NCBI GenBank assembly: GCA_020725665.1 | Contig: DYEO01000024.1 | Coordinates: forward strand, 17,408 to 81,407 | Direction: 5' to 3' | Origin: Dethiobacter sp. | Lineage (GTDB): Bacteria > Bacillota > Dethiobacteria > DTU022 > UBA8154 | Length of the DNA stretch: 64,000 nucleotides | Shown: piece by piece, positions 37,056 through 47,903 of the stretch | Position numbering within the stretch: position 1 is the stretch's first letter | Layout: the number at the start of each line of letters is the position of its first letter | The notes under the pieces: model-generated | Databases searched by the model: none | Told to the model about the DNA's origin: nothing | What the model saw: the letters and a program-made list of their open reading frames with translations, nothing else | Translations under genes and position numbers: made by a program

Positions 37056-39083
37056 ATGTATATCAGTAAAGTTGCGATTAGAAATTTTAGAGTATTTGAC
37101 GATATTGGAATTGTTGCCACTTTCAAAAAGGGCGTTAATGCTATTATTGGAGAAAACAATAGCGGAAAAACAGCCCTGATTGATGCTATTAGAATCGCTT
37201 TCTCCAGTGTCCCTTATAAAAAAGACATTTACTTTAATAAATCAGATTTCCATATTAATACTAAGGGAGAAGTTGCGAAGACTGCACAAATAGATGTATA
37301 TTTTGATGAAGTGTCAGAAGATCTTTTTGAAATATGGGACCCGGAAAATCCAACCAAGGGTGAGTTTCATGTTCGGTATTATACTGTGCCCGGAAAAAAT
37401 GGTTTAGAGAAGATTCGCTATACGGCTTGGGGTGGGCCTGTTGAAGGTAACACATTATCAGTAGAAACTTTTGATGCCCTTGAAGTGGTATTTTTAGGGG
37501 CCTTAAGGGATGCTGAAAGTGAATTGAAGCCTTCACGTTCTAGCAAACTTGCGAACTTACTTGGGACAGTGGCAGATAGTGATATTGCACGACAAGAGCT
37601 TATCGATATACTAATCAAAGCAAATGCAGAATTACTAAAAAAGACAGCTATAACAAAAACACGAGAAATTATTAATACTAACCTTGCAATGATTGAACAA
37701 GAAGTTATGCAGCAAAGAATCGATATAGGTTTAATTGAACCAAAGTTTGAATCTATTGCATCATCTTTAAGAACATGGCTAAAACCCCGCTGGTTTTTTA
37801 TTGATAAGGACAATGATATATACACAAATATAATTGAGATATGCTCTAAAGAAGGGAATCAGAAATTAATTGAACAATGTGTGGAAGGAGTTTACCTTGA
37901 TATTCAGGGTTTTTTGAGGCTAGATGAGCCTATTGAAACAAAAACTAAAGAAGCACTTACCAATTTAGCATCTCACTCATTGGAATTATATCAAAACGGA
38001 CTTGGGTATAACAACATTTTGTTTATGTCGGCGGTCTTAGGGGATATGGGATATTCAAAAGGCAATATAGTCTATAATCTTCTTATAGTAGAAGAACCAG
38101 AAGCCCATCTTCATCCTCAGTTACAAGAGTTAGTACATAGCTTTTTCGAAAATAAGCAGCAACCTTCGCCCAGCATACAAGTTTTTTACACATCACATTC
38201 GCCGACTCTTGTTTCACGAATTGGAATAGATAAAATCAATTTACTTTTTGAAAAAGACCATAGGATACAATGCACTCCATTAGCTGAAGCTAATTTAAAG
38301 GGCAACGAAAAGGAGTATCTTGAACGTTACCTTGATGTAACTAAATCACAAATGTTTTTTGCAAAAGGTATTATATTCGTTGAAGGAATTTGTGAAGCCT
38401 TACTATTACCGGAGATGGCGAAACTCTTATCACGACCATTAGATAAATATGCTGTCGAGGTAGTAAATGTTGACGGCGTTTCTTTTAAACCATTTGCACA
38501 TCTATTCACTAAGTCGGATTCCTCAGTTTGTGCGTTCGCGAAAACGGCACTGATAACTGATGACGATAGATGCACTGATAAAGAGGATAAAGATACTTAT
38601 ATATCTAAGGATTACGACTATGATACGGACAAGCTGGACGAGGTAATTAAAAAACTTTCTATAGGAAAACCATCATCAAGGTGCACAGAAATATGTTCTG
38701 TATGTGAAGCTACTCATATACAGCCATTTACCGCTAAAAAGACTTTAGAGTACGAACTGGCACTATCACCTAATAATGTGCCGTTTATTCTTAACGCTAT
38801 AATTGAAGCATACCCACAGGTAGGACCAAAACTATCAGAAAGAGTTGCATCCTTAAATACCGCTGAAGAAAGGGCTGCATGCATATGGCTCTTTATTCAA
38901 ACCAGAAATAAAAGCAAAGGTAGTTTTGCTCAAGCATTGTCAAAAATTATAAGAGACCAGGTTGAAAAACTAGCAGAAAACATAGAAGTAGAAAAGAAAT
39001 TTTGTGTTCCATTGTACATTAAAAAGGCTATCTATGCTGTTACTGAAGAGGAGGACTCCGTTGATGAAGAAATTGACACCTGA
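37056..39083 (+). CDS. gajA: OLD-family ATPase/Toprim endonuclease (Gabija GajA-like, class 2 OLD)
   Basis: Walker A GENNSGKTALIDA, the EEPEAHLHPQLQ motif typical of OLD ABC-ATPases, and a C-terminal Toprim with IFVEGICEALLL and TDDD. Confidence 0.75.
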   Translation: MYISKVAIRNFRVFDDIGIVATFKKGVNAIIGENNSGKTALIDAIRIAFSSVPYKKDIYFNKSDFHINTKGEVAKTAQIDVYFDEVSEDLFEIWDPENPTKGEFHVRYYTVPGKNGLEKIRYTAWGGPVEGNTLSVETFDALEVVFLGALRDAESELKPSRSSKLANLLGTVADSDIARQELIDILIKANAELLKKTAITKTREIINTNLAMIEQEVMQQRIDIGLIEPKFESIASSLRTWLKPRWFFIDKDNDIYTNIIEICSKEGNQKLIEQCVEGVYLDIQGFLRLDEPIETKTKEALTNLASHSLELYQNGLGYNNILFMSAVLGDMGYSKGNIVYNLLIVEEPEAHLHPQLQELVHSFFENKQQPSPSIQVFYTSHSPTLVSRIGIDKINLLFEKDHRIQCTPLAEANLKGNEKEYLERYLDVTKSQMFFAKGIIFVEGICEALLLPEMAKLLSRPLDKYAVEVVNVDGVSFKPFAHLFTKSDSSVCAFAKTALITDDDRCTDKEDKDTYISKDYDYDTDKLDEVIKKLSIGKPSSRCTEICSVCEATHIQPFTAKKTLEYELALSPNNVPFILNAIIEAYPQVGPKLSERVASLNTAEERAACIWLFIQTRNKSKGSFAQALSKIIRDQVEKLAENIEVEKKFCVPLYIKKAIYAVTEEEDSVDEEIDT

Positions 39084-40821
39084 GCAAGAAGCCTTTTTAG
39101 AAGCAGAGGGTAAAATTGTTCTTTGTGCGTGCCCCGGAAGTGGCAAAACATTTATCGTTGCAAGGAAATTGCTAAAATACGTTGAGAATTGGGAGTATGC
39201 ACATAGAGGTGTAGCTGTACTGTCGTTTACTAATGTTGCAAGTCAAGAAATAGATAAACAAACTAAAGAACTGATGCCAGAGGGGTATCGTATAGAATAC
39301 CCTCATTTTATTGGAACAATAGATAGCTTTATTGACAGTTTTATTCTATTAAGGTTTGGGTATCTGATGCAAGAAGGAAGTAGGAAAAGACCAGTAATAT
39401 TACATGAAAACTATGGTGAGATAAGGTTTTATACCAAAAATAAGGAATGCCATGCTCGAGGTTGTATATCCAATCCTTTTGAATTTCATTGGTCTTCAGA
39501 TGGGAAGTTGTTGAGAAATGGTAAAAAAGTCGATTGCTCCATTACGACCAAAAAACCATGTGTTGCGTTTAAACAGGCAATGATAAAAAAAGGCTTTGTT
39601 ACACAGAATGAAGCAACTGCGTTATCATATAGACTTCTTAAAAAATATCCTCAAATTGTAGATGCTATTGTACGGCGCTTCCCTATTGTAATGATTGATG
39701 AAGCACAAGATACATCAAAGGAACAAATGGAAATTATTGATTTGTTAACTGATGCAGGCGTAAAAACTATTATTCTCGTTGGAGACCCAGACCAATCAAT
39801 ATATGAATGGCGTAATGCTACTCCGGAATTTTTTATTGCCAAAGTGAAGGATGACAACTGGAAAACAATGTGGCTGACTTCCAATTTTAGGAGCTCCCAG
39901 TTAATATGTAATGCAACACAAGTGTTTTCACACTCATTGGCTTCAAGGCAACCAAGTAAGGCTGAGGGAGAGTTTGCTCTGTATCAACAGAAACCGATTT
40001 TATTGAATTATAGCAATCAAACTGATAAGAGTGACATTATTAATAAATTTAAGGAACTCTGCCAAGAAAACGGAATTGAATGGACTCCAAGCAAAGTAGC
40101 AGTTTTGACTAGAGGTAAAATCCATAAAGGTATTGATATCGATGGGCTTTGGAAGAGCCCAGAGGTCGAATCCTTGGCTAAAGCATCTTACGAATGGTAT
40201 AAAGGTTCACGCCGTAAAGCATTTAGTCTTTGTGAAAAAGTGCTGTACAGCCTTACAATTGGTGACATAGGCGATATAAAACATGAGATTAGACAAGTTA
40301 TCGAAAACATTATGCCTTACGAAAACTGGAGAAAACATGTAGTAAAACTACTTGTTTCACTCCCTGATCCAAACATCAAATTGTCAGACTGGGTTAAAAG
40401 TATGTTATCAACAATTACTAATATAATTCAGTCTGCGGAAGATATTTCTCTGATACCAGCTATATCATTGCAAGATAAAATAAAAATTAAGTTACGGGAT
40501 GCTAAAAACCCAGGTTTTCAGTCAATACCATTACGTAATTATATTGAAAAAAGGGACGAAAATGATATTACCTTATCTTCTGTACATGGAGTAAAGGGAG
40601 AAACCTATGATGCAATTATGTTAATTATTGAAGGGATAAAAGGCAATACGTTAACGCCTACTATGATAGATACAGCTCCTTTAGATAGTGAGTTAATTCG
40701 TATAGCATATGTAGCTATGACAAGACCACGAAAGCTTCTTGTCGTAGCACTTCCGGTAATGAAAAATAAGAAGTCGTTTAAAAGGTTACCACTAGATAAA
40801 TGTATATATACGCAAATTTAG
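39064..40821 (+). CDS. gajB: UvrD/Rep-family helicase (Gabija GajB-like)
   Basis: Walker A CACPGSGKTF, Walker B IMIDEAQDTS, and ILVGDPDQSIYEWRNA motif. Overlaps the gajA end. Confidence 0.75.
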   Translation: MKKLTPEQEAFLEAEGKIVLCACPGSGKTFIVARKLLKYVENWEYAHRGVAVLSFTNVASQEIDKQTKELMPEGYRIEYPHFIGTIDSFIDSFILLRFGYLMQEGSRKRPVILHENYGEIRFYTKNKECHARGCISNPFEFHWSSDGKLLRNGKKVDCSITTKKPCVAFKQAMIKKGFVTQNEATALSYRLLKKYPQIVDAIVRRFPIVMIDEAQDTSKEQMEIIDLLTDAGVKTIILVGDPDQSIYEWRNATPEFFIAKVKDDNWKTMWLTSNFRSSQLICNATQVFSHSLASRQPSKAEGEFALYQQKPILLNYSNQTDKSDIINKFKELCQENGIEWTPSKVAVLTRGKIHKGIDIDGLWKSPEVESLAKASYEWYKGSRRKAFSLCEKVLYSLTIGDIGDIKHEIRQVIENIMPYENWRKHVVKLLVSLPDPNIKLSDWVKSMLSTITNIIQSAEDISLIPAISLQDKIKIKLRDAKNPGFQSIPLRNYIEKRDENDITLSSVHGVKGETYDAIMLIIEGIKGNTLTPTMIDTAPLDSELIRIAYVAMTRPRKLLVVALPVMKNKKSFKRLPLDKCIYTQI

Positions 40822-40854
40822 TAAAGAGTTTTAAATTATTGCGGGGGGATAGAA

Positions 40855-42825
40855 ATGAATTTATGGCCAGATCATGAAACAAATATCGACCTTCTTGGCT
40901 TTTCCTACATTGCTGATGCTGTTGCAAATCTGGCTTCCGCAGATCATTTGCTTCCAGCTACCATTGGCGTTTTTGGTGACTGGGGTAGTGGCAAGTCAAG
41001 CCTGATTTCAATGGTTCGGCAAAAGCTTAAAAAAAACGAAAGAACATTAGTGCTAGATTTTAATGGCTGGCTCTTTGAGGGATATGATGACGCAAAGTCC
41101 GCGCTTATGGGTACAATTATCGATGAGATTTTAAGTCATCAAACACCAAGTAAAAAGGTAAAAACTCTTGCGGTGAATTTGTTGCGCCGGGTAAATTGGT
41201 TCCGGGTGGCAGGTACGGTGATGCGCCACAGTGTTAAATATGGGACAGCATTGCTTACCGGAGGTCCAGCAGGTGTGGGGCTGATTGCAGGCCTTGATGC
41301 CAAACAGGCTCTGGAAAAGGCCTCAGAGAAAATTATTGATGTAAAAGAGGAAGAGTTAAACAAGCTGTTTGAGAGCGAGACGGCACACAATTTAAGGCGG
41401 GGCATACGTGAATTCCGGAAGGATTTTGAGTCCTTACTCAGTGAGAGTAACATAGAAAAACTAGTAGTTATCATTGATGATCTTGATAGGTGCCTGCCTG
41501 ACACAATTATAGAAACTCTTGAAGCCATTAAGCTTTTTCTCTTTGTACCCCGGACAGCCTTTATAATCGGAGCGGATGAGAGGCTGGTAGAATACGCTGT
41601 AAAACAGCGTTTTCCGGAGTTTCAGGGCAACAAATCAGAGGTAGGCAAGGACTACCTGGAAAAGCTAATTCAATATCCGGTAAGGGTACCACCTCTTGGC
41701 AGGGCAGAAATGGAAACCTATATCTCACTACTTTTTACCGAAGCCTCTGGTTTAGACAGTGACTTAATAACGAAAACACGCACCAAAGCTTTAGAGTGTA
41801 TAGGCACGGACCTTGAACTAAGCTTTGGCATTGAGGAAGCCCAGGGAGTGATTGGGGAACTATCTAAAGAATTACAGGAGAGCCTGGCCATCTCTGCTCG
41901 AATTGCGCCGCTTTTAGCGAGGGGACTCAATGGGAATCCACGTCAGTGCAAGCGATTCCTAAACACATTTGTTCTCCGTTTAGAAATGGCTAGACTGCGT
42001 GGAATTACCCTTGAGCAGCGCGTCCTGGTAAAACTGATGTTGCTTGAGCGATTCAGGCCGGAATCTTTTAAACAACTTGCCCGCTGGCAGGCTGCCCAGG
42101 GTGGGCGGCCACAACAACTAAAAAATGCTGAATTATTCTTAGAAGCAGAAAAAGAATATTGCCAACCTTCAGTCGAAGCAAGAGATGAGGCAAGAGATAA
42201 ACATGGTGTGAGCGAAACTGAAAAGGGAGCTACAGGAAAAGAACCAGAAAAATCACCTCAACAATTGGATACGGATATGCAAGCCTGGCTTTCCGATCCT
42301 GTATTAAAAGAATGGATCGAATTTGAGCCCAGGCTTCGAGATACAGATCTCCGCCCCTATTTCTTTTTCTCACGGGACCTGTTAGGTGCGATCTCTGGTT
42401 CAGCCCAGAGAATGAGCAGGCAGGCGCAAGAAATATTAGCCAAAATTCTCAATGAAAGTGAAGCTGTCAGAAGGACTGCGCTTAAAAACGCAGCACAACT
42501 GAGTGAAATGGATGCTGCATCGGTTCTTGAAGGAATCAGTTCCCGTGTTCGGCAAGAAGAAGATTATGGAGCGGATACTTCTGCATTTCAACGTCTCTTT
42601 GACTGGGGAGAGGCTCGTCCTGAACTTCTTGGGCAGATAGTTACTATATTAAATGGACTGCCTGAAGAAAGCCTTCCGATGTTTACGCCCATAAAACTTG
42701 TTAATATATGTAATGAAACGCCAACTGCACCTGCGGCATGGCAATTAATCACTCGTTGGGCTGATAGTAGTGCAAATACCAAGCTAAAAAAGGCAGCAGT
42801 TAGCGCTTTAAAAAAGAAGGAATAA
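40855..42825 (+). CDS. qatA: KAP-family P-loop NTPase (QatA-like)
   Basis: GDWGSGKSS Walker A and the hallmark KAP motif VIIDDLDRCLPD. Confidence 0.75.
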   Translation: MNLWPDHETNIDLLGFSYIADAVANLASADHLLPATIGVFGDWGSGKSSLISMVRQKLKKNERTLVLDFNGWLFEGYDDAKSALMGTIIDEILSHQTPSKKVKTLAVNLLRRVNWFRVAGTVMRHSVKYGTALLTGGPAGVGLIAGLDAKQALEKASEKIIDVKEEELNKLFESETAHNLRRGIREFRKDFESLLSESNIEKLVVIIDDLDRCLPDTIIETLEAIKLFLFVPRTAFIIGADERLVEYAVKQRFPEFQGNKSEVGKDYLEKLIQYPVRVPPLGRAEMETYISLLFTEASGLDSDLITKTRTKALECIGTDLELSFGIEEAQGVIGELSKELQESLAISARIAPLLARGLNGNPRQCKRFLNTFVLRLEMARLRGITLEQRVLVKLMLLERFRPESFKQLARWQAAQGGRPQQLKNAELFLEAEKEYCQPSVEARDEARDKHGVSETEKGATGKEPEKSPQQLDTDMQAWLSDPVLKEWIEFEPRLRDTDLRPYFFFSRDLLGAISGSAQRMSRQAQEILAKILNESEAVRRTALKNAAQLSEMDAASVLEGISSRVRQEEDYGADTSAFQRLFDWGEARPELLGQIVTILNGLPEESLPMFTPIKLVNICNETPTAPAAWQLITRWADSSANTKLKKAAVSALKKKE

Positions 42826-42837
42826 GGAGATGTTGTA

Positions 42838-43680
42838 ATGGGTACCTCAACTTCAAACCCTGGTCCGTTTGATAGACAACCCCTTTTGCCGTCCTGGGCA
42901 CTTCCACCAGATACAGGCAACGATGCAGAGCCGAATGATGGCGAAAATGAATCCCCTGATAATGGGGATCAACAAGATAATTCACCCCTCCCAACACCAC
43001 CGGTGACATGGCAGATGGCCAAGGCTTCCATGTCCCGGTTTGCTAGTACTGGTGAAAGGAATTCTTTATCCAGGGCGGGCAGAGATTATGTCGGGGCCAA
43101 AGGTGGTAGGAGGGCGGCAGCTCAAGCGGCCAGCACAGGTAAATCGGTGGCCCTAAAAGTGGGTGGATTTCTTTCCACGGTGGCAAGTGCCGGGATAAGG
43201 ACAGCACTTGATGAGATTGGCCTAGGCCATATGGTAGGAAGAAGTGCACCGGAAGTATTGGCTGCCCTTATAGATGTACTTGCTCCCGCTGGTGCCACAC
43301 TCCAGGAAGCGGCTGCCAGGAAAGCTGCTGATGACGTCTTGGAGAAACTATACGAAGACTATATTGCAAAAACAGGAGATGTAACAGCCCTGGAAAGTCT
43401 TGATAAAGATGGTATTACCAATGCCATTGAAGCAAGTGTTGCTGGCTACATATATAACCTCTGGCTTGATGAACTGGGCTTAAGCATAGAAACAAAGGCG
43501 ATATCACCATTGCAGGCAGTAGGTTTAGAACGTGATGTCAGGGTATATGTCAGGGAACGTGTAAGGCTTGAACTGGGAGAACAAGATCCGGCGTCAATTG
43601 ACTGGAATGGCCCTGCTGGGCGTAATATCATTGATACAGTTTTTCAGGAGGCATATGGCTTTTTGGAGGTGGAACAATGA
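42838..43680 (+). CDS. qatB: Hypothetical protein (QatB position)
   Basis: No motif recognised. Assigned by position between the KAP NTPase and the QueC-like gene, with an overlapping stop/start. Confidence 0.45.
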   Translation: MGTSTSNPGPFDRQPLLPSWALPPDTGNDAEPNDGENESPDNGDQQDNSPLPTPPVTWQMAKASMSRFASTGERNSLSRAGRDYVGAKGGRRAAAQAASTGKSVALKVGGFLSTVASAGIRTALDEIGLGHMVGRSAPEVLAALIDVLAPAGATLQEAAARKAADDVLEKLYEDYIAKTGDVTALESLDKDGITNAIEASVAGYIYNLWLDELGLSIETKAISPLQAVGLERDVRVYVRERVRLELGEQDPASIDWNGPAGRNIIDTVFQEAYGFLEVEQ

Positions 43681-45005
43681 GTTGGGATGTAGTTGTTAGA
43701 ATTGGGAATAGTGATAGTTTTGCTCCTATAAGCCAGGGTGGGCCTGTATTAGGCGTATCATTTGACAGGCCGGGAGATCCATTTTTGGCTCGGGAAAGTG
43801 TCCTTGATAAAATCGCAGATGTTCTTGGTTCTGTCCCAGGAAATACTGCTTGCGATCTTTTGCGTGCTGCAATTGTTGTTTATTCTGCTGATCTATTAAT
43901 CTCACGCAGATATGCAGCAGATGGGTGGACAAGGGATATTAATGTTTATCTTCCTGTCACTTCGTTAGCAGTTTGGCAGCAGGCAGGGCCGTTACTTACC
44001 AAATTATTGACCTTTCTTAGTGGGGACCGCTGGCAATTTTACTTCCGGGAGTCTTCAGCAGAACAGGAATGTTATAAAAAACTGCCTGAAAATCTGCCTG
44101 AGGTAGTATCTTTATTTTCCGGGGGTCTCGACTCCCTTATTGGTGCTATTGACCTGCTATCGGAAGGTAAAAAGGTAGCACTTGTGTCACACCATGGAGG
44201 GGGCAGCACGCCCAAATTCCAGAATGACCTATTTAAGTGTTTAAAAGACGAATATGGTGAACAGGTAGTGCCACTCCAGTTCTATGTTCTTCCTCCGCAA
44301 GTTCCCAGAATAGATTCGGACCCAGACAACGAAGATACTACACGCACGAGATCTTTTCTGTTTTTTGTACTGGGTATTGCAGTGGCTGATACTCTGGGTA
44401 CGGGTATTCCCCTATATGTAGCTGAAAACGGGCTTATCTCACTCAATGTCCCACTGACACCAGCTCGGCTTGGCAGTTGTAGCACCCGTACAACCCATCC
44501 ATACTACATTGCTTTGTTTAGGGAATTATTGCAGGCCCTAAATTTAGCTCATCCTCTGAATCTCGATTACCGGTTTAAGACAAAAGGTGAGATGCTTAGG
44601 GAAAGTAAGAATCAGGATTTGTTAAGAAGAACCCTTCCTCTTAGCATGTCCTGCGCCCACCCGGATAATCGCCGCCTTGAGAACTTACCGCCTGGTGGTC
44701 ACTGCGGGTATTGCTTCCCCTGCATCATCCGCCAGGCAGCAGTCTTTGAAAGTGGTATACCGGATGCAGCCTATGACAATGACATTTTTCACCTGCCGCC
44801 ACTCTCAAGATCAGATAAAGGGAAAGACCTACGGGCAATGGAAATTGCTCTGGAAAGATTTAGTCAACGGGGAGAGGAGAAGGCTGTTTTTGACGTACTC
44901 AGTTCCGGACCTATCTCTCCTGATGAATTATCCCATTACATCGGGGTATATTGTCGTGGGATGAAAGAAATAGCAAAATTTTTGAGGAGTAATAAAGATG
45001 AATAG
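43677..45005 (+). CDS. qatC: QueC-like PP-loop ATPase (QatC-like)
   Basis: PP-loop LFSGGLDSLIGA and a C-terminal Cys cluster CAHPD...GHCGYCFPC, as in QueC. Confidence 0.75.
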   Translation: MSWDVVVRIGNSDSFAPISQGGPVLGVSFDRPGDPFLARESVLDKIADVLGSVPGNTACDLLRAAIVVYSADLLISRRYAADGWTRDINVYLPVTSLAVWQQAGPLLTKLLTFLSGDRWQFYFRESSAEQECYKKLPENLPEVVSLFSGGLDSLIGAIDLLSEGKKVALVSHHGGGSTPKFQNDLFKCLKDEYGEQVVPLQFYVLPPQVPRIDSDPDNEDTTRTRSFLFFVLGIAVADTLGTGIPLYVAENGLISLNVPLTPARLGSCSTRTTHPYYIALFRELLQALNLAHPLNLDYRFKTKGEMLRESKNQDLLRRTLPLSMSCAHPDNRRLENLPPGGHCGYCFPCIIRQAAVFESGIPDAAYDNDIFHLPPLSRSDKGKDLRAMEIALERFSQRGEEKAVFDVLSSGPISPDELSHYIGVYCRGMKEIAKFLRSNKDE

Positions 45006-45747
45006 CCTGAATACGGGTCGGCTAGTAGACTGTCATTTTCATTTGGACCTGTTTGAAAATCCAGTTAGGATCGCAACTGAAATTGAGGCCTCAGGGGTTG
45101 AGGTAATAGCTGTTACGAATACGCCCTCTGTTTTTAAAGCCACTCAGAACCTTGTGAGTTGCTATAAATATATTCACGCTTCTCTGGGTTTACATCCCCA
45201 ACTTGTGGGAACGCGGAGCCAGGAACTTGTACTCATGGAGAATCTAATGAAGGAAACCCGTTTTATTGGGGAAGTAGGCCTGGATTACACTACCGGAAAC
45301 GAACAGGAAATTAAGCTCCAGCGAAAGGTTTTCGAAGAGATTTTAAAGCAATGCGCAGCAGAAGGAAATAAAATTCTCAATGTTCATTCACGTAGGGCAG
45401 CCAGTGATGTTATTGCTATGATTGGGCCTAATTATCCGGGACGAGTTATTCTTCACTGGTTTAGCGGAACAATAAAAGACCTAAAAAAAGCAATGGAGTA
45501 TGGTATGTACATATCAGTCAATATTTCCATGGTAAGATCGGCTAAAGGTCAAAGCCTAATAAAGCATTTGGACCCTAATCTGGTACTCACTGAGACTGAC
45601 GGTCCTTTTGTTCGTGTCGGAAAAGTACCAGCGGTTCCTGCTGAGGTCATTAATGTGATTTATTTTCTCGCTAATGCTTGGAAATGCGATTTGGAGGAAG
45701 CAAAGGCTCGTGTCTATGCAAACTATTTCAGAGCTGTTAATTTTTAA
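44998..45747 (+). CDS. qatD: TatD-family metal-dependent hydrolase/DNase (QatD-like)
   Basis: DCHFHLD, GEVGLDY, NVHSR, HWFSG and TETDGPF motifs. Confidence 0.85.
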   Translation: MNSLNTGRLVDCHFHLDLFENPVRIATEIEASGVEVIAVTNTPSVFKATQNLVSCYKYIHASLGLHPQLVGTRSQELVLMENLMKETRFIGEVGLDYTTGNEQEIKLQRKVFEEILKQCAAEGNKILNVHSRRAASDVIAMIGPNYPGRVILHWFSGTIKDLKKAMEYGMYISVNISMVRSAKGQSLIKHLDPNLVLTETDGPFVRVGKVPAVPAEVINVIYFLANAWKCDLEEAKARVYANYFRAVNF

Positions 45748-46313
45748 TATAGCATCCTGTAAACTCTTTAAAAAAATATATAAATTTTATGTTTGGAATT
45801 TTTGATGACATCTATTTGTTGTAAAGCATAACCGAAGACATCAAATATACCAAATAATTAATGAGATTAAAGAGCTAGCATAGACGGATATTCGGTCAAT
45901 GCTTTTTAGTTTTATCTGTTTCACACGCTCAACGCATATCGAGGTTGTAGTTTCGCTCAAAAGAAAACACAGCTCATAAGGCCTTGTGCGGCAAGGCTTT
46001 ATGGGTTTTTGGGGGGAATTGGCATGTTTCCGTAGGCGGGGGGAGAAAACAGGGAATTAAGCATGCGCAAATGATTTCGGCAGGATTTGGTAGAATAATG
46101 GAGAATTTCTCAAAAAGAAACAAGATGAAGGAGAAGATTGTGGCGGATTCAAGGGACAACGCGCCTTGGCAATGTTTGAGCAATACTCAAGGATGCAAAG
46201 AAACCCGATGATGCCAGATTAAGGACGTTAAAATAGTGTAAAGGTGGTATTAAGAGACTTAAATATAATCAAAGGATAATAATGCCTACTCAGACTAGCA
46301 ATGGAGGGTATAG

Positions 46314-47903
46314 TTGATGGCCAGAGCTAAAAAGGTACAGACGAACGAAACACTGGAGCAGGCCCTTTGGAAGGCGGCCGATAAGCTGCGCAAGAATATG
46401 GATGCAGCGGAATACAAGCATGTTGTCTTGGGGCTTATCTTTTTAAAATACATATCTGATGCCTTTGAGGACTTATACCAAAAATTAAAGGATTGAAAAG
46501 GCGAATACGAAGGCGCAGATCCGGAAGACCCATACGAATACCTGGCGGAAAACGTATTTTATGTCCCGCCCCAGGCCCGCTGGCTCTACCTGCAAAACCG
46601 CGCCAAGCTGCCCACCATCGGCAAAGACATTGACGATACCATGGACGCCATCGAAAAAGACAATCCTTCTTTAAAGGGCGTGTTACCCAAGATATATGCC
46701 CGCCAGAATCTGGACAAGCAGTCTCTGGGCGGCTTGATTGATTTAATTGGCACCATTGCTCTGGGTGACGAAACGGCTAAAGCTAAGGACGTATTGGGGC
46801 AAGTATATGAATATTTCCTGGGCCAGTTTGCCCTGGCTGAAGGCAAGAAGGGCGGACAGTTCTACACGCCAAGGAGCGTAGTTCAGCTGCTGGTAGAAAT
46901 GCTTGAACCGTATGAGGGCAGGGTATTTGACCCGTGCTGTGGCAGCGGCGGCATGTTTGTCCAGAGCGAAAAATTCATCGAAGCCCACAGCGACAGGTAC
47001 AAAAACGGGAAAATGGGCGGGCTGCCCATTAATCCTGCCGACAGGATCTCCATCTACGGACAGGAGAGCAACCAGACCACCTGGCGCTTGTGCAAAATGA
47101 ACCTGGCCATCAGGGGGATTGACAGCAGCAATATTAAATGGAACGCGGAAGGTTCTTTTTTGAACGACGCCCACAAGGACCTGAAGGCCGACTTTGTCAT
47201 TGCCAATCCACCCTTTAACGACAGCGACTGGGGCGGCGAACAGCTGCGCAGTGACGCCCGCTGGCAGTACGGCGTGCCGCCGGTGGGAAATGCCAACTAT
47301 GCCTGGATCCAGCACTTTATTTACCATTTGTCTTATAGGGGTACGGCCGGTTTTGTCATGGCCAAAGGTTCCCTTTCCTCCAAAAGCAATAACGAGGGAG
47401 AAATCCGCAAAAATATTATCGAAGCCAGACTGGTGGACTGTATTGTCAACCTCCCCACCAAGCTGTTTTTGAATACCCAGATCCCGGCCTGCCTGTGGTT
47501 TTTGTCCAAAAACAAGGCCAACGGCGGCTACCGCAGCCGGCAGCATGAAATACTGTTTATCGACGCCAGGAATATGGGACGGCTGATCAACCGCCGCACC
47601 CGCGAGCTTACCCAGGAGGACATCGATTTAATTGCCAGTACCTATCATAACTGGCGCAACATAGACGGTGACTACAAGGATGTTCCCGGTTTCTGCAAAT
47701 CGGCGACCATTGAAGAAGTGGCCGCGCTGGATTATGTTTTAACTCCGGGACGCTACGTAGGATTGCCTGAAGAAGAGGACGATTTCGATTATGAAGAAAG
47801 GATCAAGCAGTTAACCAGAGAGCTGAAGCAGCAGATGGAAGAGTCCCAGAGGCTGGACAGGGCAATTGCGGAAAATTTAAGGAAGATAGGGATTGAGCTA
47901 TGA
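46314..47903 (+). pseudogene. hsdM: Type I R-M methyltransferase HsdM interrupted by an in-frame TGA (46494-46496)
   Basis: N-terminal [43 protein letters not shown], then TGA, then in the same frame [29 protein letters not shown]...[10 protein letters not shown]...IANPPFN (motifs I and IV). The ORF track shows only the two pieces (46314..46496 and 46641..47903). Confidence 0.8.

Noticed and set aside
46494-46496. Selenocysteine or genetic-code reassignment as the explanation for the in-frame TGA in hsdM
   Set aside because: TGA terminates many well-supported genes in this window, no SECIS-like hairpin is obvious downstream, and a methyltransferase linker is an implausible Sec site. A nonsense mutation or a sequencing issue is more likely.
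46743-47546. 267-aa ORF on the minus strand inside hsdM
   Set aside because: It is a shadow ORF antisense to a well-supported methyltransferase gene in a GC-rich segment. Other antisense ORFs in the track (for example 1403..1726, 5709..6251, 10133..10612) were rejected for the same reason.
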